Below, piece by piece: positions 52,994 through 64,000 of a stretch of 64,000 nt of DNA (its first letter is position 1; every line of letters starts with the position of its first letter). Source of the stretch: Spizellomyces punctatus DAOM BR117. Its lineage: Eukaryota. The position numbers were made by a program, and so were the translations under genes. The DNA is taken from NCBI GenBank assembly GCA_000182565.2, contig KQ257468.1. One strand, written 5' to 3'. Under the pieces are notes generated by a model that was not told where the DNA came from, ran no database searches, and worked only from the letters and a program-made list of their open reading frames with translations.

Positions 52994-54802
52994 TGGGAGG
53001 AGATATCTAAGCGTTGTATTTTCTTGTATTTTTTTTTTTTAGATGCAAACAGGTGTTTCTTTTGGAAAAAGGCCACGCTAGTCACAAAGTCCAACCCTGC
53101 TCACGGTATTTACCATGGTTAAGGCAAATGTAGATCTCCCCGATTCACAAGAGTCAAAAGGAAATGTACCATGGGATCATGATCTGCGACTTTGCACTTG
53201 AGTGACGGGCTTTCCGATACGAATAACCGAAAGATGCATTCCCTAATTCCTGCTCAACACTTTTGACGCTCAGCCTGAGGGCCAAATAGGATGCTGAGCT
53301 ATTTGATGCAGCTGTAACCTCTCCATAAAACAGTTCCAGTACATATTGCTTCAGTTAAGCCAAACCATAGTATAGTTATTAGTCAATAAACACGGAGGGC
53401 AAACATGGCTAAAGACCACAACTAAACCTTTGATTACAATTTAACCTGTTGGGATAACGTGGCGCAAGGAAATGAAGTCTCTCTGGTGAGTTTATTGCAA
53501 GTTGCCAATATGCCAAGAAGGGGAGGGAGATGGTCCGGAGGGCTTTGAACGTCGACAACCAAATAGTTTACACGTTTAAGATAAAAGAAGGGAGGGAGTG
53601 ATCTATAGGGGGTTAACTTGGATAAGTTATCAAATGTCAAGAAGCATCAACGGCCGTTTGGAGTAAATGTACAGTCTTTTGGACGAAGGGAACAGTAAAA
53701 GAAGATTGCCCTCATTGAAGGAGTAGCCAACTTATTATGATTTGACTTTCAACTCGCTAAATTTGGTTTCCACTTTTGTTTTTCTTGTGGAGGCATTGTC
53801 CATTGAAAGCGGTTTCTTTGTAGGAATGTTTTTTTTTACAGTTCACAAAGGAGGTTCAGCACATTGTAAAGAATTCTAACGATAATTTGACACAATTGGC
53901 AGCCAATGCGCAGGCTCAAGATCGTCATGCATTTGGGGCAACACTTGATCATTGTTGCAAAGTGCCCAGGAAGGACGGCTGGGGAGAAGGGGGTTCTGCA
54001 ACTAGTCATGTGACTTTTGTGATTCAGCCAAAGGAACACCTCACAGTGTTAGAGTGTTCCGTTTTTTTTTTTTTTTTCTAATGGTACCGGCAGGCAGTAA
54101 AATGGTGGACAAGACTGCAGCTGACAATGCAGCACTGGTGGATTGATGAAGCGCCTCACTTTCTGCCATATTTTTTTTATTGAGCCACGTTCAGCACAGG
54201 CGGTGAGTGCCGTCAGTGGAACACCGGACTTTAACACTTCTCAAAAGGCTCTTTCTTGTTTCCCCTCCATCCCTCCAAAGCCCTAAAAGTACTTGCAAGC
54301 CAGACAAACATCAAAGTTGAAACTTGCTTGTCTCTTTTGCCAAATTAACAAAACTCTCTCCACAAGACAAAAATCTACAGAAATTGATGCAAGTTGCACA
54401 CAAAAAACGCCCTTTGTGGAGGTTTCCAGCTTGAAATTGCCTTATCCAGGAAATGCTTCTGGCTTTTAGTTTTTTGCTCTCGAGGTTCATCACGAGGGTT
54501 CAAAAGGGAAATGCTGTGTAGTAACAAGCAAACAGAACAATTCAACACACAACAAAAAAATAAATATTGCACACTTATTCTTCTTGCTGAAAAAAGTCTT
54601 GGCTTGGTTTAAATATCCTCATTATCGAGTTTAATCCCCCAGTTTGCGCTTTCCAGTTGTGTGTGTGTGTGTGTGGGTGTTCTTATTTTTTTTTTTTTTA
54701 GTATTTTGTTTTCCTACCCTGAACACTTGAAAACCCGGCTGGTTCGGGTTTGTAGCCCATTCTACTGTGCATACCATCACATCCACACCACAAAGCATGC
54801 AT

Positions 54803-56961
54803 ATGAAAGGGATATCCATTCTTTTGGGCTTCTTGTGGATTGGCTCGACGACGGCACAACAATGCACGGGAAACGATTACAGCGGGACATGTGGGATTGT
54901 TGGCGTGGATTACAAGGTGTTGACACCAGCTGCCGTCATTCCAGCTGCAGAAGCCGAGCTGCAGCAGGCTTTTGAAAAGATGGAGTCCTTGAAGACGTTT
55001 GCGCCGACATGTTTTGGGTATTTGAAGCAGGCGTATTGTGCGCTTTTTTTCCCTGGTTGTGTCAATGGTGAGCTTTGGGTTGGTTGTGATGGTGAAAACT
55101 TTTGTATTGGGGTCGTTTCTGAACATGGATATTCATTAGGCGTCCCTGCCTTTCCCTGCGAAAATACCTGCAAGTTTGCTGTCCAAGCCTGTGGACCGAC
55201 TTTTGCCTTATTGCACCTCGAACACCTCTTACCTGATTGCACTGTGATGAATGTGACGGGGACTCGGATGCCACTTCCTACTCAAAACTGTTTGGCGGCG
55301 GATGCGGCTGGAGCAAGGTTGGGCGTCAAGGCAGCGCAGCCTACCAGTATGGTGAATGCACAGCCGGCTGAGGTGTATCGGGAGGGTAGCATGAGCACAT
55401 CAAATCTCTTGCTGCTCGTCTTTTGTACGTTGCCCTTTTGCTTGACACGTTTTTGTAGCAAGGTCGTCAAATCACTTACCGCTTGTTTAAACCCACCAGA
55501 TGGCCTCTCCATCCTAACCTACACAGACACAATTCTCACCTTTATGCGCATGCGGAGAAGCTACTCGCTCGTGTCCTGGGCTGCGACATGGCTCATGTTT
55601 ATTTTCACCATTATGGTCGGTCAAATCCTATACCGTGGCGACATTCACCGGGCTTTCAACACGGACTTTTGCCGAATCCAAGCCCTTGTACAAAACTACT
55701 TTGTAATGTCTGCGTACATTTGGCCGTTTTTCTTTACATTGGATGTATGGTTTGCGGTTGTGAGACGGAGGTTGAGGGCAACCTCGGAGGGTACGAGATG
55801 GAAATGGAACGCTCCGTTTGCCATTCTTTTACCGGCTGTTCCGACGGTTATTCTGGCCATAAAGGCGAACCCGGTTTCAGTGGATCCGCCATTCAATCTT
55901 CAACCTGGTTTTGGTCCCCATGTTTGTGAGTATTTGTCAATGTGTTTGTAGTTTTTGGTTACGGGTTAGCTAACTACTTTTGGGTTTTCTTGCTATCAGT
56001 GTTTTGCTCGTACTTGTACCCTGTAAACGGATGGGCCATGTCTACGCTGCCGTTTGTCGGGGTGTTTGCTCTCGCTGCCATTCTGATGGGCGTACACGCC
56101 GCGTTCCATCTCTGGCAACAACGACAAGCCTTCCGGTCCCTCAGCAAAGGCACCGAACGCTCTGGACACTTGTCCACAGATGCCTTTAGCAGTGATAACC
56201 AGAATTCAACATCTTCTGGAATGGGATCTGGCTCACAAGGCCGTGCTGCCCGCATGCAATCTAAAATCTCTGCGGTCCTCTGTGCTCGTGTCTTGGGTGT
56301 TACGGTTCTCTACTTTTTCATTTCCATTGCAGCAAACTATCAACAGCTCAATGCTGTCATCCAAAAAGAGTACTCCAAATCCGACCAACAGCCCTCTTTC
56401 AGAGATTTCAGTGCGTCGCTTGTGGGACCCATTGGCTGGCTCATTCTCTGCACCTCATCCGCGACATGGTCCCACACTATCCCCGGCAGCATCATCAAAT
56501 GCTGCAAAAGAAGGATATCGCGTGGACGCATATCCGATGACGATGACGATGAATACACTGTCTCTACTAGCAAGCGATCAAAGTCCAAGTCTCGCAATAA
56601 GCATTTCAACCCTGATGACGACCGGATCGAGCTTCGAAGGGGTGACTCCAAATATTCAAATCACACCAGCCTTCATCGATCAGCATCGACAGCATCTCAT
56701 ATTTCTGGTCCGTATAATGTTCACACTACACACCCGATTGGACAAGCCGCGGCACAAACTGCTACAACAGCACGGTTTGGCCCTGTTCCACCCGTTCCGT
56801 TGCATCTCCAGCAATCCTGGGCTGCTGAAGACCGAGAAGGGCGAAGGGCTAGAGAAACGGGACCGAGATCTACGCGGGAAGAGTTGGCGGCTACCCGGAA
56901 GCAGTCTGGGAAGAATGTGGGCCGCTATGAAAACAATTGGGGGGCACCAGAAGAGTGGTGA
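54803..56961 (+). CDS. Frizzled/Smoothened-like receptor: signal peptide + FZ cysteine-rich domain + 7TM
   Basis: Signal peptide MKGISILLGFLWIGSTTA; CRD Cys spacing C..C...TCFGYLKQAYCALFFPGC|VPAFPCENTCKFAVQACG...LPDC...C; seven hydrophobic helices after removing introns (about 55069-55139, 55425-55499, 55926-55998); TM3 FCRIQA. Confidence 0.75.
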
Positions 56962-57300
56962 TAACTGTGATTTTGGCTCCAGTTTTTCAATTTTTTTAGC
57001 GTATTATATTAGAGTTCTATGGAATAGATTATATAGAGTTGGGAAACCCGCATGGCTATAGTGCAGGAGACGCAAATTGTCGGAACAAGGGTTACGTGGT
57101 CATCTCCGTTGATCGGAAAGCAGAAAAGTAGACAATAATGTTAAACAATATTTACCATTGTCTGCCAAGGAATGTTTCATTACGAGTATGTGACCCGGTA
57201 TTTCTATGACGTTCATCTATCCACATATAAACCCCCACACATAAAAAAAACTGTACAATATGCCTCCAACTAGGTACAAGAAAGTCTCTACACGAGCGCA

Positions 57301-58606
57301 TCACGACTCGACAAACCCCTTTCCAGCCCTCATCATCGTCTCATATACAAAAATGGCCGCACCGTTCGTGGGGAATGATCGAAGAAAACAGGGAACAAAC
57401 CCTCTGTAAAATCCTCGAATACCCTCTGTACAATTCAACATCAGTACCTCGTTTATTACACCGACGTAAACGACCAACGAGATACCCAACCTGTCCGGTA
57501 AATATGCGCAAAACAACTGCGCAATGTCGGGTATCGAGCGGGCTTTGTATCGGGTTGGGTCATCATGCGTTGTTTCACGACGTCTATCTCAAGAGTCAAC
57601 CAATCATCCTTATGGGATATACATGGGGTATGGACATACCGGCCGGGAAACTAATGGTCCAAAACGTGTTGGCGGCACAACCACCGGCAAAAAAGGAGAG
57701 CATGGAAGGCGGCATGCCCCATGCCGTAAACGTATTTTTATATATCTTGATGAGAGAATGCCATGAGATTCTGTTATTAATGCGGTCAAGGTTAGAGTGT
57801 GACGTACCTCATAGGAGCCCCAGAGCGCCCAAAAGAAACTTCGAAACAAGATGCAGGCACTTAGGCCCTTGTATATCCCTGCAATACCATTATTTCGAAT
57901 CTGGACCAAAAAGGTCAATAGAGCAGCCAGGAAATAAACATTTTGTCAGCAAATACAAACTACCCACCAACTGCCTCGCACAATCTATAGGACCAGCATA
58001 CACTTTGGTAGCACTATCATACTGAACCTGCAACCGCCCTTTCAAGACCTCCACAGGCGTTGCAACAAAGGAGACAACCACGCCGGCACCTAGACCCGCC
58101 AAGGCACATTCGGGAACGGTGAGAGGGGATTGTGGATCACCACCTTGAAGAATCAAACGAAAGTTGTTGAGTGAGCCCATTTGGACAGAATCCATGAGTG
58201 CCCAGCCCAAGAGCGGTGGTGTGGCGCCTTTATAAAGAGCTAGAAAGCCTTCCTGTATAATAAAAATGAGGTTTGATGGCAAAGTAACATGTTTGCTCAT
58301 ATCGGAGACGTACTTTACGAATTGTCGACCGAAGACAATCTAGTGGCCCTTTAAACCGCCCAAATCCACCCTCTGTTTGTAATCGAACCTTGAGGGTATC
58401 TGAATCATACGAAGGAATAAGAACATGCGGTAATGGACAATGCCTGTACAAACAACCGTACCGAAAGGATGTCCAACCAACAGCTTTGTAGCCCCCGACG
58501 CCAGTCCAGCAAAGAATCCGACATATCGTTCGGCGGGTATGCCTGTCTTTTGGGACGGTGTCGCTGCCGGAAGCGGGGCCGGGGACACTGAAGATGATGG
58601 AGGCAT
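57301..58606 (-). CDS. Mitochondrial carrier (SLC25; carnitine/ornithine/Ymc-type subfamily)
   Basis: GHPFDTLKVRLQ, YKGATPPL, TPVEVLKGRLQ, RGFVPCFLRSFPTN carrier signatures. Confidence 0.93.
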
Positions 58607-59088
58607 GTTTTCGGCAATTGGGGCTCCGTTAAAAAGATGATCAACAGGCAGATCAACAGCGATACCAGTATCCACGTGATATTGTGCTGTATAAGTGATT
58701 ACGTACGCGTTTTTGGATTTGGGCAAACTGGGCATTTGGGAAACAGGAGACAAAGTGTGCTTTTTTCCTCTTTTTTTTTTTTTTTCTTCCTTTTGGCGCT
58801 ATTGGGGCACTGCCATCGCTCCGCTTCAGCCGCCGTAGCAAGACGGGAGGGAAAACTTCTTACGACGGAGTTTGCTCAGCTGCATGTTGTGGGGGAGCAT
58901 ATGGCATTTTGCGGTTTAAATCGTGCCGAAGGGAGGGGGCTTTTTAACAGGCTCCAAGAAATAGAAAAGGGCATTTCAAGGTCCTTGACGTCTTGATTCC
59001 CTTCGTTGAGCAGCCTAAAATCCTTTTTTAAATTTGGGGACTAGGATATTATAACATTTTGCTTCTTTCCTTGCATCTTGTAAACATC

Positions 59089-60059
59089 ATGGCTTTCTTG
59101 ACAACTTTTCTCCTTGTATGCCTTGTAACGACCGTCTTTACCGGGTTCTTCTCCGCCAATATGGTTCTCATCGATTGGTGGGCATCGAAACTGTATGCAG
59201 CAGGATACCTCAAACGGAGAACAAAGTCCATGAGCAAAGACAAAAAAGAAGCAGAGCGACAATCGCCATTGAGGATTTTGGAGAATGCAAAGATATATTG
59301 GTTGACTGTAGTTGGCGTGGTGATTTATATTGTCAATAAGACATTGCCTATGTTGGATCAAGTGGATTATTCGTTCAAGGTTGTAGAGACTTGGGCTTCC
59401 TTATGCCTCATTTACAGTAGGTGTCCTGATTCATTCTTTTGTCTTTTGAAGAATTTGGTTTATATATAACCTTTATTACAGTTACTTTTGACTTTTTGTA
59501 CTTTTTTACCCACCGTTTCGTACATGAAGTCCCCGCCCTCTATCAAAGCATCCACAAAAGGCATCACGAAGATGTCCCAGTAGACGCTTACACCACCGGC
59601 CACGCCGAACTCTTGGAAAACTTTATCTTTACGTTTCCGGGTGTGCTTTTGTGGGCGGTTTTGTACATGAATATGGTGGATGTACCCAATGCGTGGGCGA
59701 TTACACTCCCGGTATTGAGTCTTACGAGTGATTTTGCGGTACCGTATTGTTTTATTTTCCTTTTTTTAAAGTTGCCCCACCTTTTATTTCTTGGCTTATT
59801 GTATTTTCTTTCTGTTCAGATGGTTCACGTTGGGTACTTTGACCATATTCTCTTAAATATCTTGAACCCCCTATCGTACATTATGCAACTCTCATTGGGA
59901 GCCCGTCAAATGTACGCCCGACACGAACTGCATCATGTTACTGTCAAAAAGAATTATGGGCCGGTCCTCCCGTACTGGGATATGATTTTCGGTACACAAA
60001 AGGAGGTTGTTGAAGCTGAATGGGGTCTTGACGTTCACAACGAGAAAGGCGGTGAATGA
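59089..60059 (+). CDS. Fatty-acid hydroxylase / sterol desaturase superfamily enzyme
   Basis: His boxes HRFVH, HKRHH, H(VG), HELHH, then KNYG...WDMIFGT; multiple TMs; two introns. Confidence 0.88.
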
Positions 60060-60984
60060 TTTTTGTATTTAGTGTATTATCTGTAGTTAAACGAGGGTAC
60101 ATGGGTCAGTCGTTGGGTTTAATGTACTTTTGTTAGCGTTAGTTGGTAGTATTCTCAAGCGTATAGATATCTGTATCCCCCATTTCACATTCCAATAAAA
60201 TCACAATCACCACCGTAATGCAGCAAGACAAAAAAAGAGAATCAACAAATCTTGCAAAAAAAAACCAATATACGAATTGTATGTAACTGTTAAGAATTTC
60301 TTTGTAAATAGCTCTGGGAACATTGGTACTGGTTACCTACAAAAGATTTTCGAACAAAGGTACGTTGAGGATTTCCAAGGGCATTGTGGTGTGAATGTGG
60401 ATCCGTTCGGAAGTTTGGATTTTGGTGAAGTTTTCTGTTCTAAACTTTCCTAGTAGTTTTGTAAACTCTCAGGTTCTGAATGTTCAACAGCTAAATCCGG
60501 ATATTGAAGAACTGTTGTGTCGAAAACTGTCTGCAACCCATCGCTGTAGAACATGATGTGCACCTATACTGGTGATATGCTGGCTCCATTCAAAAAGACA
60601 TGAATGGAAATGGACTTTAGATGCCAGTTGGACTAGATCATAAAAGCGTCAGTCCAAACCTTGCAAGGTATAAACAAATGAAATAGGTCAAAAGGCCATT
60701 TGAAAGTTTATACCTCCCACAGAAAGCAGAAAGGAATACACAACAAAAAATACACAAAATCCATCCTCTAAGTAGTTTATAAAATGTATACATATAAAAA
60801 ACTCCACCGCTCGCACGCACAAAATCCTTGTACAAATATTTCTATCGCTCATCCCATCATATGCACATTGTGGCAAAATGTTGACAAAAAGAAAACCAAA
60901 GAACATACCCATACAACACAACTGTTGCTTGTCCATTCGTTTTCCAAAAAGCCGTAAGACTACGTCATCCAACCCAACCCCCAT

Positions 60985-62903
60985 CTACGTTGCAAAACAA
61001 TACACCTCCATCCGACCACTGCCCCCCTCACTCCCCCATTCCATTCCTGAAACTGCAAATGCAACTTCCAAATCCTCTTGATCGGTAATCATGACCATTT
61101 CCCCGTCCTCGTCCTTGTACTTTAGCCGGAGAGCCCCGGTTTTGAACTTTTGTTGGATGCGTTCGATGAGTTCGGTGTGGGAGATGGTGTATGGGACCAG
61201 GAGAATTCGGGTGTCGGTATAATGTGCTTTCACTTTCACCTGTCACAAGGGGGTATTAGTTGATGATTGATGTGCTAAATTTCCAATGATATCCACAGTT
61301 GTCGCTATCCCCAGTAGGCTGTTACGAGTGCATTGGCGATAGCCTTCTGCAATCCGCAACCTCCTTTAATCCTTGCTTTCCAGCTGGTCTAGTATCTCTC
61401 GCACGATCACCCGCTGCATTTCTCCCACTGTTCTTGCCACCACTCGTTGACTCATCTTACCTTATCAGCGACGCTCGAGGTCGAGGAGAAAGCACTACTA
61501 ACGGTACTCGCCGTATTGGCCCGCCGCAGCTCATTTCGTTGCACGGCTGGACGATTATACCGCTCATAATCATCGTCATTTCCGGCCAACTCATCGACAA
61601 GTTCATCAATAGGGTTAAATTCCGAAACTGGTGCGCGGGATCTGGAGGTTGTAGAGTAATCGTAATTTTCGTTGCGGTTCCGGGGAAGGGTGTTTGAGGC
61701 GAGGGAGGATGAACGGGCACGGACGCGGGAGGTCGTGTTTGACCGGCTAAGGGGTTCAGAACGGTTGAAGGTATCCGAGCGGCCCAGGCTGTCGGGGGCT
61801 GGGCGGCGGGGCATGGTGAAGGGAGACATTGCGCGGGTAGGTGAGTTTGTTGTGGCGGAGCGAACCGGTAGGCCACGGGTAGTAGCGCCGGAAATAGTGG
61901 CTGATTTGGCGAGGCCGCCACTAGCACCATTGGAGCGAGGCTCGAGCATGCGGCCCGTGGTTGCGGCTCGAGGTAGTGTCTTCATTTTAAGTTCACGGCC
62001 CGAGAATCCAGCGTAATTGTCAGTTGCCTCCACACTGGCAACGACTTTGGCTTTTCCGATATAATCTTTCTTGTCAGAGTTCTTGACTTTGCCCTTTGGA
62101 GGTCTGTAAATGAGGTCTGGCGGGAGGGCATAGGGGCCGAGGTATTCTGGAGCCCTCTCACCCATTTTGAGGGCTTCGTCCATATTTCCGAGGTCTTCTT
62201 GGGAATCTGATGGGGAGGGCCGGGAGCGGACAGCGTCGTCAAAATCTCTGTAGGCTTCGTTGGCTTGACCCATTGCTGCGAGACAGAGACCCCGATTGAA
62301 GGAGACTTTGGCCGAGTAGAGTTTGTAAGGGAGTCCGAGTTGGGCATAGTCTATAAACTGGTTTCCTCGAAGGTACTAGAGAGCGGGACGAATACAATGA
62401 GTAACAGTCCACGTAATGTGAAACCCAAGATTCCGGCTCGCCATCTTTTGGCAGCCAGAAACCCGCATTAACCCTAACTCTATCTGTAACCCCCAAAACC
62501 TGAACCTTCAAATTAGTCATCCACAACACTCACCGTCAGGGCGTCGTTAAAGTCGGCAAGACTGTCGTTGAGAGCATTTGAATTGTAAAGACAGACTCCG
62601 CGCATAAAGTAAGCGACTGCCAAAAACGGGTCACAAGCGACCGACCGAGTCAGCGCAGCAATCTGGCAAAATTCCAAATTCATAATGAGCATTCCACTCA
62701 ATACAACACACATTCTTTTGCAAATTCGCAATACGTACAGCCTCGTCAAGCAGTCCCATATTTACAAACGTCATTGCAATATTAAAGTGAATCTTGCTCG
62801 TGTCTGCAATCTGCTCGAAAGCGCGGAGTGCTCCGTCAAAGTCTCCATTCTCGTATGCCTCCACGCCCACCACCCACTGCGTGAGTTCCACCTTGAGAGC
62901 CAT
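60985..62903 (-). CDS. noxR: NADPH oxidase regulator NoxR (p67phox-like; TPR + PB1)
   Basis: MALKVELTQW..GVEAY...FEQIADTSKIHFNI, DPFLAVAYF, YLRGNQFIDYAQLGL, IYRP...KDYIGKAKVVAS; C-terminal PB1 KVKAHY...KDEDGEMV. Confidence 0.92.
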
Positions 62904-64000
62904 CAACGGATGGACAAGGACAATGGGAGAACGAGAAGAAAGGTATCCACTGTATATAACAGAAATATATAAAAAAAGGAAAAAAGCCGATGGAAAGGAA
63001 ATGACCAATTGCCAACTCAACAAATACTAAAATAACCGTGGGAAAAAAATGCCCAGAACCTGCAGTTGGAAAATAAGTTTGGAAGCCGTTTTGGAATGAA
63101 ACACAAATCATGTGACACGAGAGACGGCTACGGCAAGTGGCAAATGGGAAGAAGGCTCTAGACACGGGGGAGACAGTGTTTCAGATGATGGTTTCACATG
63201 TATACACAATGTGTCATTCAGTGTCCGCGGATTTAAGCGCAAGTTTATGGAATATCAACTGCTTTTATTCAACGGAGACTTGCGAGGGGGGACATTGATG
63301 GGATTGTTAGTTGCATTGTATGAGAATGATTGTTACTGACTGTTATTTAGTATCGGAATGCACCGAGCATTGAGCGGAGGAATGAAGCAATGTCAAGTAA
63401 CAAAGTGTGCTTTGTAGGTCTAGGCACATTCTGTTTGAGTTCCAAACGTTGACCACGGACAGAAGCGCATCTAGAAACAACATGACAGGATATCACTCAC
63501 TTTGCACATGGCACACACACATGAAGGCAATACATGTATCCATTAGCTTTTAGTCAAGCAGCATTCCATTGACCAAGTCTTAATTACTCATATCCAAAAT
63601 GTACACATTCGCATCCAATATCCCTTGAGCATGTGTATCCCTTGAACATTTCCCTTGAGGATAGGTATCCACGTCCAATCACATGGGAAATTGACCGTTG
63701 CATCCCGTAGATGTATATTGGGATAAAGGATCTAAAGGGACAAGAGGAGGGGCATGATCCCAATCGATTCCAAATCCAGATGAACATTGGGTTCGATGAA
63801 ATTGCTGTTTGTTAGAAAGCATCGTGAAACAAGTTGCAAAAGCGTATCTCAAGTACTTTCCAGCAACGTATCAAAAACAAAAGATTGCTTACACACGAAT
63901 GCTATTCCCTAGCTCCATCAAGCGAGGATTCCATCACCAACCTTCTGGAACCACACACACACAGCCACTTGAACACGCGCATGATGCTATTGGTCAAAAC

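Noticed and set aside
53000-54790. Long intergenic region as a transposon remnant
   Set aside because: No terminal repeats, target-site duplication or transposase/RT-like peptides recognisable.
56180-57061. 293-aa alternative-frame ORF over the 7TM receptor
   Set aside because: Overlaps the better-supported TM6-TM7 and tail frame; no domain features.
63584-63787. 67-aa ORF with three TCAAGGGA copies near the window end
   Set aside because: Too short, with no convincing homology; cannot be supported as a gene or element.

Overview
Gene-dense, intron-rich eukaryotic (fungal) genomic DNA. Short GT-AG introns with CTAAC/CTGAC branch sites, plus a mix of fungal genes (Clr2-like, NoxR, Mek1-like) and animal-type genes (STRAD-like pseudokinase, UBE2U-like E2, Frizzled-CRD 7TM receptor), suggest an early-diverging zoosporic fungus such as a chytrid; this is inference. 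I can support about 27 protein-coding genes, reconstructed by eye across introns, so boundaries are approximate. They include BCKDK-like kinase, RAD50, THUMP protein, RPT3, P5B-ATPase, NDUFS3, TYW1, a BTB protein, SENP8, an aldo-keto reductase, DBP7, SCAMP, SIRT4, PRP31, an SLC25 carrier and a sterol-desaturase-family enzyme. There is also an intron-containing tRNA-Asp, an assembly gap (46108-46289) and a 96-bp coding tandem repeat. Highlights not explained by the ORF track: (1) a non-coding, TATA-driven snoRNA host gene at about 20.1-20.9 kb whose introns hold an enlarged U14 and a dual-guide C/D snoRNA predicted to target the equivalents of yeast 25S Am876 and Um898; (2) a protein with PB1, an array of TQT-like (LC8-type) motifs and a C-terminal AIM/LIR, resembling an undescribed selective-autophagy receptor; (3) a Frizzled/Smoothened-like CRD-7TM receptor; (4) a STRAD-like pseudokinase; (5) a hidden three-exon, membrane-anchored glutaredoxin-fold gene. 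No transposon or CRISPR array was seen.
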